A stretch of 63,742 nt of DNA, filler included, from Asterionella formosa (GCA_002256025.1; 3 parts of 3 records of this genome joined end to end with filler, not necessarily neighbours in it), one strand, 5' to 3'; positions 40,385-54,079 are shown, numbered from the whole stretch's first letter. The notes: generated from the sequence alone by a model not told the origin. Made by a program: numbers and translations.

Positions 40385-42240
40385 TGGGTTAATGCAACAA
40401 GTGTTGAGGGAAAGAAGGTTGATTCATGGCAAAAACTTATCATACTATGCCAATTTAATTGGATGGCAAGATGCACATGAAATCATCAAGAATATTGATT
40501 CTACTTTGAGAGAAATCATGTCAATGTGTACTGACTTCTTGAAAGAGAACAATGGAATGATGAGCACATTGGCTGGGACCAAGCTTAGAGTTCTTATATG
40601 ATCAAGATGCATCACACAAATAAGATGCTTTCTATTTGCAGACATACTATTCAAGATTCCAAAGATAGCCACCACGACAATTAGTATGTTCATGATAGTC
40701 AGTACAACTTTATCCATCGAGGTATTTTCTTGCATTATGAGATCTTGCACCCTCCCTGAGATTTCTATCGCTCAAGTTTGTCATCTATTTGTACAGAAGA
40801 TAGATAAAAGTATCTAATAAAAGTTATCATAAAGCAATTAAATTTCTATATTTTGTTAAAGCTATCCAATAATCACTCTCGTGTCCACTTGAATGGAAAC
40901 AATTAGTACCGGCTTTATTCGTCCATGTGGTACAACAGGACCTGTCTCTTCGTGAGCCTCTCAAAACTGAGAAAACAACGATGAAAGCAAATTCTATCAG
41001 AAATTTGAATTTTTAATGTCAAAACTAGTGCAAATCTTTTTATTGAAAAATTACCTCATCTATAGTAGGCTAGATACATGTACGAAATAGCAATAGTTCA
41101 TTGTCAATTTTCGATGAGAAATTTGTTCCAATAAGTTCGCCATGGTCAAGAACCTACATACACAAGGCAGTACTAATAAAATTTGCTCATGTCTTCGAAA
41201 CATTTATAATATTCCGGTATAAATATTAGCATAATTTGAGCTGCACTTCAAACGTAACTGTCTGTCAGAGATTCAAGGAGCGATGAGGAGAGAGAGAGGA
41301 GGAATTACCCGATGTTGATGGCAACAAGAACATTCCGCAATCGGCTGATTCACTTTCAACTGATACATGCCAATTGACCACTTTCTCACACAAGTCCGAC
41401 TTTCATCCGTGTAAGTGTATACAGCAAAAAGGACATTTCTCTACCTCAATTCTACACATAACTTTAAAGGTGTATCACAACAATGTTGTAACTATGTGAT
41501 GCGCCAATGCAAACCTCACCAAAGGACAACGCATGATGATGCCATGATGGTGTGTTCAAGTTTTATAAGTTTTCATAAAATCTGTATACATCTATTCAAG
41601 AGAAAATTATAGTGATCACGTTTTAACAAATTTACATTGCAATATACTATAGGCCGATTTTCGATTCATGATGTATGCAATATATTAGCTTGTTTTGATG
41701 AAAATGGAATTTTGTCAAAAGTATAGAAAAATTTGGGTAGTTTGCTGTTCAGGGATGCATTTGTGTGGTTACAGGGAGGGTGCTCAAGAAATGCATGTAA
41801 GAAATTCTATTGTTTTGACAAAATTACATAATCAAGGTACCTAAATGAGACCCCATGATTGGACCCCATGATTGGGAGACCATCTAGGGGATTACTACTA
41901 GCATACAAATCTACAGCCTAAAGCCTAAAGAACAAAATGTGTTGTAAATGCCCTGGCATTTTGTTTGAGTTTGTACATGTGAAGGGTCCATGTGATTTGT
42001 TTTATGTGTGCCAAGGGCCGAAAAACTCACGGTGTAGGTGGAAGCAGCCAAGCAAAACCTAAGAATAGCTACTGGTAGATATTGAAACTATTTTTTGCAT
42101 ACCAGTAGATGTACCGGTACGTTTGCCCCAGGTTATACGGACTTCCACACCAGCCAGTCATGAACCTGTGACTCCACGTGGATGGCTCGGTGCACTGCTC
42201 CAAAGCGACGGATCCGGTAATGGGGGTTAGGGTTTGTCAA

Positions 42241-42491
42241 CACCTGGTACCAGTCCCGGTAGTATACCGGAAAGGATATACCGGAACAGTACCTTGTACC
42301 TGTATAGCGGTATCCTATTAACAAACCGTTACCACTGCAACCATAAGGAGTTAAAAAGGACAAAAAATCGGTAGTAAGAATTGTACATAGTATACTAAAT
42401 ACTGTTGCTATTTACGCAGTGCGTACCAGATACCAGGTACCAGGCACCAGGTACTGGTTACCAGGGGGCCAGGTACCCTGGTACCTGGTAC
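42241..42491. repeat. GGTACC(A) heptamer cluster upstream of PheRS beta
   Basis: Repeated taccaggtaccagg and gtacctggtacc motifs 100-350 bp 5' of the ATG. Confidence 0.8.
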
Positions 42492-42591
42492 CTCCGCATC
42501 AAACGAACGATGCAAGTGATGGACAGTAAAATGTGCAGGCAGATTCGAAGCAAGCATCACAACAGCGACAGGCCGCCATCGGATCTTCATC

Positions 42592-44493
42592 ATGCCAACT
42601 GTGACCATCGAAAAGGAGGCACTCTTTGTCCACTTGTGTCGCACGTACACGGACAAAGAGTTTGATGAACTCTGCTTCGAATTCGGCATTGAATTGGACG
42701 AGATCACTTCAGAACGAGAGGAAGCTGAAAAGGGCAGCAACTTGTCCAAGAAGGAATTGGAAAAGTACAGCGCCGCTGTTGTTTACAAGATTGATGTTCC
42801 GGCCAATCGATATGATTTATTGTGTGTTGAGGGACTTTCGAGAGCAATCAAGATCTTTCTGGGCGACATGGACGCCCCGGTCTATCGAATTGTTGGTGAG
42901 CCGACAACAACCATGACAGTGAACAAGGCCAACTGTGATGCTATTCGTCCCTTTGTTGTCTGTGCCATCTTGAGAGACATTACCTTTGATCAGGAAAGAT
43001 ACGATTCCTTTATCGAATTGCAAGATCAGCTCCATCGGAACCTTTGTCGGCAGCGTACTCTTGTTGCCATTGGGACACACGATTTGGATTCAGTCCAAGG
43101 ACCTTTTTCTTACGACGCTCGTGTGCCTGAGGATATTCAGTTTGTCCCTCTCACATCTGAAACTCAATCATTCAATGGAAGGGAACTGATGGAATTCTAT
43201 GAAACTGATCCTTCTTGCAAGCACTTGAAGCCCTTCGTGCCTATCATTAAGGAATCTCCTCTTTACCCCGTCGTCTTGGATGCCGAAGAGACTGTCATGT
43301 CCTTGCCTCCTATCATCAACGGAAACAAGTCAAAAATCACACTGAACACCAAGAATGTATTTATTGAATGCACCGCCACCGACTTGACCAAGGCTAACAT
43401 TGTTTTGGATACCGTCGTAACTATGTTCAGCGAATATTGTTTAATCCCGTTCACTGTTGAACCTGTTCAGGTCAACTTTGAAGAAAATGGTGCCATTATC
43501 AAGGCATATGTGACTCCTACCATGTCGACTCGTCGCGAGACGGCTCCCGTGGCATTTTGCAACTCTTTGATTGGAATTGACATCACCGCCGAAGAGATGA
43601 GGATTTTGTGTAATAAAGTCCAACTGGGTCCTGCTGAGTTATTGGAGAATGATACAATTTTACAAATTACTGTCCCACCCACTCGATCTGATATCTTACA
43701 TCCCGTTGACATTGCGGAAGACGTTGGTATTGCTTATGGCTACAACAATATTATCAAACGCGTCCCCAAGACTTGCACCGTTGGCGGAGAGCAGCCATTA
43801 AACACGCTGGGAGACTTGCTTCGCGATGAAATCGGCCGAGCAGGATACATTGAAGTGCTAACGCATGGCTTGTGCAGCTTACGCGACAATTTTACCGCCT
43901 TGCGAAGACAGATCGGTCCTGCTGTTAGTCTCTCCAACCCAGCCAACATTGAGTACCAAGTTGTCCGAACTACTTTGCTACCTGGATTGCTCAAGACACT
44001 GCAGCACAACAAAAGTTCTTCCTTCACGGGAGGCTTCAAGCTCTTTGAGATAAGTGATGTCGTCCTTCCAGATGACCAGCACGTCATGACCGAAACAATT
44101 GTCGGCGCCAAGAATTCCCGTCGTATCTGTGCGGTTTACGCTGGTCCCACCTCAGGCTTTGAGATTATACACGGCCTTGTGGATCGCGTCATGACCCTAA
44201 GCGAAGTCGCACCCGAGAAAGAGTACGTGCAAAACTCTACCAAGGGAGATGAAGAGAAATACCGCGTCAGTCGGGAAGGGTGGTATTACACGATTGTGGA
44301 ACTTGCCGCAGACGATTCTTTGGCTGGCACGTATTTTCCAGGACGTGCGGCATCCATTCTCTTGTCTAGTCCGGACGGCGGAGAACGTGTCCAGATTGGT
44401 ACTTTTGGCATCCTTCACCCTGAAGTTCTTTCGAACTTTGACATTCAGTATCCTGCCTCATGTGTGGAACTCAACCTGGAGGCACTCCTTTAG
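42592..44493 (+). CDS. FARSB: Cytosolic phenylalanyl-tRNA synthetase beta subunit
   Basis: MPTV, FDELCFEFGIELDE, KIDVPANRYDLLCVEG, VAIGTHDLD, PPTRSDILHPVDIAEDV, VRTTLLPGLLKT and GILHPEVL. Single exon, 633 aa. Confidence 0.98.
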   Translation: MPTVTIEKEALFVHLCRTYTDKEFDELCFEFGIELDEITSEREEAEKGSNLSKKELEKYSAAVVYKIDVPANRYDLLCVEGLSRAIKIFLGDMDAPVYRIVGEPTTTMTVNKANCDAIRPFVVCAILRDITFDQERYDSFIELQDQLHRNLCRQRTLVAIGTHDLDSVQGPFSYDARVPEDIQFVPLTSETQSFNGRELMEFYETDPSCKHLKPFVPIIKESPLYPVVLDAEETVMSLPPIINGNKSKITLNTKNVFIECTATDLTKANIVLDTVVTMFSEYCLIPFTVEPVQVNFEENGAIIKAYVTPTMSTRRETAPVAFCNSLIGIDITAEEMRILCNKVQLGPAELLENDTILQITVPPTRSDILHPVDIAEDVGIAYGYNNIIKRVPKTCTVGGEQPLNTLGDLLRDEIGRAGYIEVLTHGLCSLRDNFTALRRQIGPAVSLSNPANIEYQVVRTTLLPGLLKTLQHNKSSSFTGGFKLFEISDVVLPDDQHVMTETIVGAKNSRRICAVYAGPTSGFEIIHGLVDRVMTLSEVAPEKEYVQNSTKGDEEKYRVSREGWYYTIVELAADDSLAGTYFPGRAASILLSSPDGGERVQIGTFGILHPEVLSNFDIQYPASCVELNLEALL

Positions 44494-44661
44494 TCTATTG
44501 GAATCGGAGCATCTGCGGAACATGTCATTGAATTATTGCTTGACTTGATAGGAGTGGTTGCTCATTCAAAACCATTCGAGCATGTCCACCTACTCGATAT
44601 TTTGAACAATACCTTAAAAACTAGATGTTTAAAGTCTAATTGACTGCACTCCAAAATTTCG

Positions 44662-45312
44662 TTAATCCTTAGCCTTCCTGTCCTTGCCCTTTAATAACAA
44701 TTCCTTGGCTTCATTAATCTTTCCGGACAGATATGTCGAGCCACCTGCATCGGGGTGATTAAGTATCATAATCTTTCGATGAGCCTCCTTGATTCTCTGC
44801 GCCGAGCTCGATTCTCGAACACCAAGAATCAAGGCTGCTTCCCGCTTGGTCATCGTTTCTTCAAAGCCACCTTCATAGTACTTTCCTCCGACATCAAACC
44901 ACTTTGAAAACACATTTTCGCGAGGACCTGATGGTTCTTTCTTGACCTGTTCCGTGGATTGTTCCTGTTGGGAATCTTCTTTGAATTCTTCAGGCGGAGC
45001 CTCCGCTTGTTGCTCCTTCCATTGTCGGTATGCGCTCACTGCAGAAGCACCGGCAAAGCATGCCGCCGAGAAGGCGCCCAACCCCAGAACAATGGCTGCC
45101 GAGTCTGATACTGGCGTAGCATGATATGGCAAGCATGGCGATGCAGAATAGTTCCTTTCTAGTCGAGAAAATCCTTTCCGTCGTTGTTGCTCAAGTTCGT
45201 CGTCGTCGCTGCGATGAAACGTGCTTGTGTGAAAATTAGTGGCAGTGAAAACTGCGCCATGGTTTCTTTGGGATCGTCTCAGTACCAATCGAACTGCACC
45301 AGAAGACTTCAT
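44662..45312 (-). CDS. PAM18: Mitochondrial import motor J-protein PAM18/TIM14
   Basis: [20 protein letters not shown]...[33 protein letters not shown] segment and Arg-rich presequence from [14 protein letters not shown] (likely start 45312). Confidence 0.93.
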   Translation of the reverse strand: MKSSGAVRLVLRRSQRNHGAVFTATNFHTSTFHRSDDDELEQQRRKGFSRLERNYSASPCLPYHATPVSDSAAIVLGLGAFSAACFAGASAVSAYRQWKEQQAEAPPEEFKEDSQQEQSTEQVKKEPSGPRENVFSKWFDVGGKYYEGGFEETMTKREAALILGVRESSSAQRIKEAHRKIMILNHPDAGGSTYLSGKINEAKELLLKGKDRKAKD

Positions 45313-46243
45313 GTTCCGAGATGCCGAGCACTCAGTATGCTTTGGAAGTTGATTAAATTCAAATGTTGAAGGGGATGGGTGAAAACTGATACAAGGAATG
45401 GTTCTCCATGATGTATAAATTCTCCTCTTGCTTGTTATTAACATGGTCGTGATACCACCAGGTATGGAATAGTATGAATATAACACAGCGTGCGATGGAT
45501 GGTCAGCTTGCAAGACAGCCCACGAGGACATCGCCATCAATTTACACGGCAGCATGACGAAGCATGCTGCCACCTCGCGCTCGTGGTACCTGGTACTGGT
45601 ACCACGACACAGTGTGCATACCAGTAGATACTGCACGATACTTGGCACATACATAAGCAAAACCACGGCTCAACAAACACTCATGGACGGTCCCTCCCCT
45701 CCTCTTGTTCCACTGCTATATAGTTGACGGACGGAGGGACAGATCGACTACGGTATGATACATGCAATTGTCATGACGGTACCTGGTACTCAAGGTACAT
45801 ACATAAAAGTATTATGTGGATGCTAAAAACCAGTTTACTCTATGTATAGTTCGTCCAGTATTTTATAATTGGTACACCAGAAGTACAGTGCACCAGATTG
45901 CTCTCGTTATTAATCTCCTTCTCCCTCTGCCTTAACACAGAATGAGATGGCGTGATTGACTGATTTCGTCTCTGATCGGGGGCACGTCATATCAAAAGTC
46001 CTTCACAACGAACCTCTCGACGTTACTTCTCACTCTCACATCTAGTTCACCGTGGTGTCATCAGGCGAACAAGCTAATGGGATCATTCGCCAATGATAAA
46101 CGTGCCAAAAAATGGAGAGCCTACTTTTGCTTTTCATATCAATTTGTCAGTTTGGAGCCAGTATTTCAACTTGGGAAAGAAATGAAAAACTGCATTGGTT
46201 CGATAAAAAGAATTTCCGTGCTTTCCAAATATGCTACATTCCT

Positions 46244-47164
46244 TCACTCCTCATAAGAACCTTCAAATTCACCAGGAGCGTCCCATTCTTCGTCACTTGA
46301 CTCTTCTGCTGCTCGTTGCATCTTCTCTAGCAATTTGGGAAAGACAGAGCATTCTCTTCCACCTAGCCTTCCATTTTGCTCAGTGGCATGTTCACTTTGT
46401 TGCAGAAGCAATACCTTAGAGTCCAGCAGAGGGGGGAGTTTGGTTACTACCTCACTAGACAAAGGAGGTAGGGATGATATTGCGAATCCAGCAGTGGAAG
46501 CCGCGTCAATCAACCGCTGCGGAGTTCGATAGCCATCCCTAGTTGCGAATGATAAATAGAAAGTACCCCCATGCCTTAGAAAAAAATTTACAGTGGCGAA
46601 CAAATCCGTCAATACCTGCCCGGCAGTGGATGGGTAGACAATGTCAGCAGCAACAATAGCGTCGAATTTTGATACATGGGCGTGTTCCATTAATTCCTCA
46701 AGAATAGCTTGCATTTGATCCTCGTCACCCCATGAAAGTTGCTTTATTCTAGGTCCACGGTGATTGGTTGTTTCGATTCCATTCAATCCGTAGTTTCGAC
46801 TGCATAATTCCAGCGCCTTGAGGTCCATGTCCGTCGAGAAATAAAAGGGACAGTCATTCGGTTTCTCGAGCATGTTAGAAATCAGGGATGCAACGACTCC
46901 CACAAGTCCACATCCACACCCCAGCTCCAGTATTGTTTGATCATACCTAACAACGTTACCGGACGCAATCTCTTGACAGAGCAAATGTGTAGCTGGCCAA
47001 ATCATAATGCCTGTTCGATCTCTGCCCTGACCTGTGAGATTGGATCCCCTGGTTGAGGTAGCAGACGTCACTTTGACATGCAAGGCAGGATGATACTCAA
47101 ATTCTTCTAATTCATAGTGAGCCGTAAGATTGGATTCAATGTCTTCGTGGGTGATCGTTGTCAT
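46244..47164 (-). CDS. Seven-beta-strand lysine methyltransferase (Methyltransf_16, METTL21/EFM-like)
   Basis: TGIMIWPATHLL, ILELGCGCGLVG, STD, LSWG and FDAIVAADIVY motifs. Confidence 0.92.
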   Translation of the reverse strand: MTTITHEDIESNLTAHYELEEFEYHPALHVKVTSATSTRGSNLTGQGRDRTGIMIWPATHLLCQEIASGNVVRYDQTILELGCGCGLVGVVASLISNMLEKPNDCPFYFSTDMDLKALELCSRNYGLNGIETTNHRGPRIKQLSWGDEDQMQAILEELMEHAHVSKFDAIVAADIVYPSTAGQVLTDLFATVNFFLRHGGTFYLSFATRDGYRTPQRLIDAASTAGFAISSLPPLSSEVVTKLPPLLDSKVLLLQQSEHATEQNGRLGGRECSVFPKLLEKMQRAAEESSDEEWDAPGEFEGSYEE

Positions 47165-47911
47165 GGTAAGAAATGGTAGGAGTACCAGTTACTAGGGGTG
47201 ATGTGAAATAACAAAAAAGACACCGTAACATAGCGGGATAAAACGACGTTGATGAGATGATTGATCACACATCTGCTAGGAATACCGGTAGTATAACTGT
47301 AGTAATTTGGAGGGAAAATTTTTTTTTTAGTCATGCTCCTACACTATACATATATGATGCCAGTCGCCTACCGGCAATTCCCGCTCCAGCTATCGTCTTG
47401 CCATTCGGGCACTTCAAAGTAATTTTTAAAAACCAAAGTAATTTTCATTTAGGGGCAATATGGGGCACATCGATATTTTCGGCATGAGAATTGCCGATTT
47501 TAGTGGGCGCGCTCTGATAAAAAAAAAATTTTTATAACATGTGTATTATAACAAAAATCGTTGTACCCATAACCCCAAAATTTGTGTTTGTGTTGACCAA
47601 ATTTGGTAATCCTGGTAAGCACCCCATGAGTTTGCCAGTGACGATGAGGACAGTAGGATAGGTGTCCCACCAGGTGTTTCTCATATTGGTGTTTCTGGGG
47701 TTACTCAGTCCCCATCAAGGAACAACAACGATTTTTCACGTGCTCCTAATAGTTCAATTTCAAGAACGGCAACTGCCAGGCGAGCACCAACTTTTCCAAG
47801 AGCTCGCCGAAGCATGCAGAGTAGGGGTCAACAGTTCAGGATCAATGAGTCAAACCCACACAAGGTAATCAGAGCATCATCATGTTTGCTGTTGAACAAA
47901 GTCCAGAATGG

Positions 47912-49174
47912 ACTCGATACCCTCTAGCTGATTAATTTTACATAGATTGTGATACATAGTCGTAGTAGAAATGTAGCAAAGCGCATTAGTACAAGAAAAG
48001 CATTGCTTGGCGGGAACATTGACATCATTGTCAACAACTATACAAATCAACAAATACGATCAACAATGGCACAATACATCTTCAAAGAGTAGGCATTGAT
48101 ACATGCATTGGCCCTTTTGAAGATATTTACAATTGAATCAAAACGAGAGCGCAGAACGACAAAGAGCAATAAAAGCGATCAAAACAGACCATAGTAGCAA
48201 TCAAGTAGGAAATTCGACAATCGCATCTACAATCACATTCAGTGTTTCACTGTTGTACTCATCGATCCGCTCAAACAAGCGTAACACACAGCAGACAATG
48301 GGCTCATAAGAAAGTCGAAAGTTCCTGTTGCAAGCCCGAATTAAACAACGGCAGGCAGGATAGAGTGTTTCATTATAATTGTGAGGATGAAATCGGGCAT
48401 CTATAAAATTAATGATTATGTGAAGCGAATAATTTGACATACTAGTAGTCTTGTAAAGATGATACCAAGTCTACAGCATGCATATTATAAGCAACGATGC
48501 ATTGAAGCTTTAAAGGTTAGTTTAAACCATACATGGTTGTTTTGAGAACCACGTACATATGTTGGCTAGATGACTACCAGTAGAATATCCATTAAGCATC
48601 ATCACATGCATGACCGGAGCAAAAACTTGGCCACCAACATCAGATGAATCGATATCATCGTTTGTCTGACAAAATATGGACGATGCGACTACTAGTAGTA
48701 CATGAATCCCTCGAGAAGACAAGCAATCCAACAACCAACCGCATCCATTAGTAGACAACGATTCGCTAATGGCGTCATCACTGAACTGATTTCGCTTCAA
48801 ACCGGATATGATAGACGACGATCGGCATGGTGGAAGGTGAATTCCCGGAGTACACTTTTCAGGCGACGAACAAAAACGAGATGAATTCTAGATATAAATT
48901 ATTAAAATCGTAGATTATTTAAAATGGTTTCCTGAAGTAGATTGCGAATTTCGAGGTGAAGATAGGAAATATACAAATTTATATATATGATGGGATAGTA
49001 TAGTAAGCTAAAATTGACATTCATGCTTTATTTATGGGCTAGGTAAGCGAATGGCGCGAAGATAGCTAGTTTGTGAATTGCCTCAACAACACCCTTCTCG
49101 GTGGCTACATGCCTTCTTGTACACATGTGTACTCGCAGGCATGGGAGCCCCTCAGCCGTGTTTTGCCTTCAGCA
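47912..49174 (-). mobile_element. ~1.25-kb dispersed repeat, copy 2 (inverted)
   Basis: Reverse complement is colinear with 29587-30831 and 58260-59293. Confidence 0.85.
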
Positions 49175-49315
49175 TACTCTCGGTGTATGATGACTGATGC
49201 TTCGAAATACCAAATTCATTTGTACCAAAATTATTTTATCACAAGTTTATCACGAGTATTTTTTGGTGATTTGCAATTTGATACAAAAGAAAAGACAAGA
49301 ACTTATATTGGAATC

Positions 49316-49650
49316 CATTAATACAAGGTGAAAAATTATTTTTTCAAAAAAAGTTGACCTAATATTGCTATCTTTAGGGTTGCGAATTAGTGCTCTTGAC
49401 AATACAAGGATATCGGCTCTTTTTTCCAATACAAGCTAATTTCAAAATGACCCTCCAATAGAAGGTATGGATAGTTTTTCGGAAATAGGTTTTAATGTCC
49501 ATTATAAAGTGCACCTTGTATAGGTTTTACTATTTCGCATTGGTAAACCAATCAGTTCATCAGTTCCAATTTAAGATATAATTTTTTTGGAAATGCCCAT
49601 ACAAGGTGCACCTGATTTGGGCCCAATACAAGGTAGTCCTTGAATGGGAC
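49316..49650. repeat. Array of (C)AATACAAGG-like motifs, probable transposon subterminal repeats
   Basis: aatacaag/atacaagg/aatagaagg variants near 49320, 49401, 49427, 49457, 49599 and 49625, plus an inverted ccttgtat at 49514. Confidence 0.5.
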
Positions 49651-50929
49651 AAAATGAGATCTCATTAGCGAAACAAACCCAGTAAGACAGCATCAGAATA
49701 ATCATTTAAGGTTAATAGCAAACTTATCTATAATACATATTCTTTTACAACGACTACTCAAATTATTTTGCTATTTTAACAAGAAACACATACACAATGA
49801 ATAGCAATACCGAATTTCTGAGAATGTTTGAATCATCTTTTGGTTTCTTGAGCCCCAGCATTGTCATCATCGCAATTCATCAATCCTTTACCAGCCAGTC
49901 AAAGGAAATTGGAGCCCTGAGAAAAGATGTTGACAGTAAAGCACTGCAATGACAGAAGCATGACGGAGCATGGCTGAGAAATGGCAAGCACAAAAAATAC
50001 CACAACAAAACCTTCAAAAATTCGGATAACTTACATCATTATCAGTCTGTAACACAATTTATTGCATGTTTTGATGATTGCGCCATCAATTAATTCATTT
50101 TGTATAATTACTTTGGGGCTACATTGATGTAAGTGCGAACTAAATAAATGAATGATAACATGGTTTACCTAATTCATGTATGTGTACATATGCCTGTATA
50201 CTCCGACAACATGGTAAACAGCTACCGGTATTTTGTCCGAAAAAGGTCGCCTCTGTTATTTCATATCTGATAAAATCCAAATTATCAGAATTCAATAGTA
50301 AAATCTACTGAATCGACCATGTTAATTTATTTTCCCGGAATCTTTCATTCCTCAGATTTGAAGCGATAAGTCGCAGTATCTATGTACAAGCGCTTGTTTT
50401 GTCAATAATCTCCTCAGTCATGACCGCCTTTTTCGAGTCGCAGATTAAAATTTCAAGGCAATTCTGAGGCATTTGAAATTTAATTACATGTTTTATGGGC
50501 TAAGAAAATCACCATTCTGACTCCTAGTATAGGGGTTATTCCAATACGCCTACGTACACCAGCCAGTAGCGATAAAAATGTTGTCTTTGTTGATTAATTT
50601 AATTGCATGACATCAATCAAATTTCTAAAATTAGTGTGGATTAACGCTGTATCTGCAGCGATGCACACAGATGCACATTTCGGAGCAACAAAAAATGTGG
50701 TGCTGGAAGCAACATACCACCAGATGTTGGAGAAACAAAAAATTGGGCTGAGCAATATTTTCTTAAATTTTTTGTATCTCTGTTAAGACCTGCCCTAGGG
50801 CAATATACAATCATTACTGTGTTCACCACAGTTTCCTACACAGCTGTTTCCCCAGATTCATGTATGACAAAAAATCTTATGAAAAGTAATGTAACCTAAT
50901 AATGACTTATAATTGTTTATTGATTTTGT

Positions 50930-51460
50930 TCACACATTTGAAGAATATTTGCAAGAAAAACCGCATCCATGCTTTTCCTTAAAACATACACAAGCATTTG
51001 CGCATTCTTTCTTGCACTTACACCCTTGTTTTCACTTTCTATATTGAGGATAACACAAAGCATGAGCTTGCTTTTCACAAGCAAATGTTCCATCAATTAT
51101 GTTTTGTCGCTTTTCATTCAAATATGGTAAAATTACTTCCTCATATGGATGGACAATGTAACTTTCTTGAAGTATAAAGTATATCTTCTCATTCCTCCCT
51201 TTTCCAGAACATATAATGCCATGATCAGTTACTGCTTGTGTTCCTTGTCCAAGTTCATTTGTAGAGAGGGCAAAGACAATGGCAGGAATTTCATGCGGTT
51301 GCTTACATCTAAAATAGTCCATTTTAAGTGTAACCATAGATCCAATAGTTGCTTTGCCCTTTGACTGCATATGTCTGCCTTACATGTATTTGCTTCCAGC
51401 TGTTGTGCTCTAACAAACTGTGTATGTTTTTGTCTTATTTTTTCTTTGATTTCATGGGAG
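50930..51460 (-). mobile_element. Decayed KRBA2/Ginger-like transposase C-terminal fragment with Cys-rich (CXC-like) tail
   Basis: GSMVTLKMD...IPAIVF...VTDHGII followed by QGCKCKKECANACVCFKEKHGCGFSCK. Frameshifted. Confidence 0.45.
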
Positions 51461-52967
51461 ATTCTTTAACATTGAATGTCTTGAATGTCTATTCTCATTC
51501 CCACAAAACAATTTTGCTGCTACCATTTCATTTAGCATCAGTTCAGCAATATCTACTTGCTCAGTATTCACTTGCTGTGTTGAAACAGTATCATGTAGGT
51601 CACTTAGAAAGATCAATTCATTACTGAATTGATTGACCATTTCATTAAACAGTGTTACAACAAAGGAGTGATCATTGTGTGGAGAAATAGCTGATATTTT
51701 TACAAATTCTGGTTCAAAAATCGAACCCAGGACAAGGCAAGCAATTGGGCAACACTTATACCCATATTTTTGATGTACAATGATTGAATTTGAAATGAGA
51801 CAGCTATCCTCATCTGTAACTAGTTCAGATTCTGGTTTACTATTGGAATGGAAAAATGGGAGGAGTTATGGCTGTGCCCGCATTTTGATTCCTTATTGCA
51901 GTTGTTGCTCCGGTGGCTGTGGCCTTTTCATTCGTTGTTGAGGTGGTGGCTCCGGTTTTCGCATTTCGAGTTGTGCCTTTGGCCGCCTTTTCATTTGTTA
52001 TTTTGTACCTGCGGTACCCTTTTGATTCCTTGTTGCAGTCGTTGTTCTGGATTCCGCATTTCAAGTTGTGCCTGTGGCCGCGTTTTCTTTCCTTGTTGCA
52101 GTTATTTCTCCCGTTTCCGCCATTTCGAGTTGCAACTGCAACCGCATTTTCAAAAAATAAAGCTACAGTATTGAAATGCGCACGAAAGAATTCACTCGTT
52201 CCCTTTGCACAACCACTGCTGAAAGTGGCTTTGCCATCATTGGATAAAGAGGTAGAAACAAATGAAAATTCACTCACCACATACTCTTCATCACTACTGT
52301 CTTCATTGAGATTCTTCTTCTTTGAAGAACACATGTCGAATCAGAGGAGCTATTCCGGTATAAATGTACAAGATGAACAGCTGTGAAAGATCAATAGATT
52401 TGGTTGTGCATTCCTGATTTCTATTGAAGATTCATTGCAAATAGGTAGATGTGGCTACAGGTAAGCATTTGACAGGAGAACAGATTGCTATCACTTGCTT
52501 ATCCTGCTGCTATCTTAATAAATCTAAGTTTTGATGGAGAAAAGGGGTTTTGGGTCGTGGAACAAAATTACACAAAATTACATAAAACGAATCATGAGGC
52601 CTGCGTCAGAAATATACTTGCAGCTAATTTAATTTTAAAAAACAAATTTATTCACCAGATTTTGAGTGCTCATATCATTTCCTCAGCTGGATAAAGCAAA
52701 TTCAGCTGAAATGACGTAACAGATCAACACGCTTTCAGGTATATATATATCGATCATACAAATGAATGTTCAGTGTAGTTTGTGCACACATATGTAGAAA
52801 AGCAATACATGCTCAGCTACAGATGGATTGTTTCACATTTGTAAGTAAACTATCAGAAATTCGTGACAAAATGTGTTTTTCTGTGCATAGAACAAAATAG
52901 TTTGCTTCGATAGAGCAGTGGTTCAAAGCAGTCTTTAGGTCCACTGGTACCAGGTACCAGGTAACTG

Positions 52968-53417
52968 GTGAAGTATCTAACTAGAAGTAGTAGCATTTGT
53001 TGAATATATGAGCTTATTACTTAATCTTGATGTATAACTCGTTGTCTTTAACTGACACCGAAGTATACAATAAGTGCTTCAAATACATGCCAACGGTACA
53101 GTTACATTTCAACGAAGTATGCATTTTACAGAACGAATTTATATTCGTTGTATCAAACCTTTTCATAGGTAAAAAGTTTCCCTTAAGTGTGAGAGAGTGA
53201 GCAATCCTGCGCATCAATGCAAATATCATGTATAGGGTTGGTGTTATATAAACTATAAAACAGAACTCAATGTCAAGAGAATTCGACTGGTAGCACTTAT
53301 TGTATACTTCGATGTTGTATACTTCGATGTCAATTAAAGAGAACGAGTTATACATCAAGATCATCTGATAAGCTCATATATTCAACAAATACTACGACTT
53401 CTAGTTAGACACTTCAC
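52968..53417. mobile_element. MITE, ~450 bp with ~110-bp imperfect TIRs
   Basis: gtgaagtatctaactagaagt...gtatacaataagtgct (52968-53078) is the inverted repeat of agcacttattgtatac...acttctagttagacacttcac (53291-53417). Confidence 0.88.
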
Positions 53418-53456
53418 TTTGAATTCAAAAAGAGACCAATTAGAAGAAAACAAACA

Positions 53457-54038
53457 TGGCAACGTATTCAATGGTTCCTGTCATTCCTTTGATCAAAAAT
53501 ACCAATTTATTGGCTATCAATACTTAGACATTCAGAGTTGCTTTAACTGGTGGAAGCTTTGAATTGTTCGATCAAGATATGATTGATGGAAGCTCTGTGG
53601 AAGCATTGTTGATTGGAGTGAGTCAATTTCGTGACATGGCTAGTAAAACATGCGCTTTTAGCCCTGCAGACACCTTTTCCTGCTTCAAAAGGTAAGTTTG
53701 ACTGACATTGCCTTATTGGTTTGGTTAATTGTGGAAGTGCACCCAGAAGATCAATCCTACAATAGTTTCGATGAAGTGATGGTTTTATGTTAGATGATCA
53801 TTTACCAAGCAAGAGTTTTCAACATCAATGTCAATGTATGCTTCACTACTTATCTAAACCCTTTTCTATGTTGATAATGGATTTCGGAGCTCGTTTTAAA
53901 ACTTTGTACAGGCTACTTCAATTAATGCCTCATCCAGAAGATCAAAACGGACTGTCAAAAGAATTAATGCGGATTATTACTATCCATTCAATGCCCAGTG
54001 AGTGGCAACAAGAGTTTGAATTCAAAGTGAAGTATTAG
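53457..54038 (+). mobile_element. Decayed Ty3/gypsy gag-like fragment
   Basis: FQHQCQCMLHYLSKPFSMLIMDFGARFKTLYRLLQLMP...IHSMPSEWQQEF resembles the Q..YM.....KP..M....F..R...L...L...P...P..WQ pattern of diatom gypsy gag. Confidence 0.5.
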
Positions 54039-54079
54039 CATTTGTTGAATAAATTAGCATATTATAAACAAGACCCATG

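Noticed and set aside
44662..45666. 334-aa version of PAM18 and other 5'-extended ORF calls (5896, 31646, 23547, 56831)
   Set aside because: The extensions begin at distant or non-ATG starts, in some cases through repeat DNA. Downstream ATGs give sensible N-termini.
49316..49650. CRISPR-like spacing of AATACAAGG motifs
   Set aside because: Repeats are ~9 bp, irregularly spaced and in both orientations; no cas genes; eukaryotic context.
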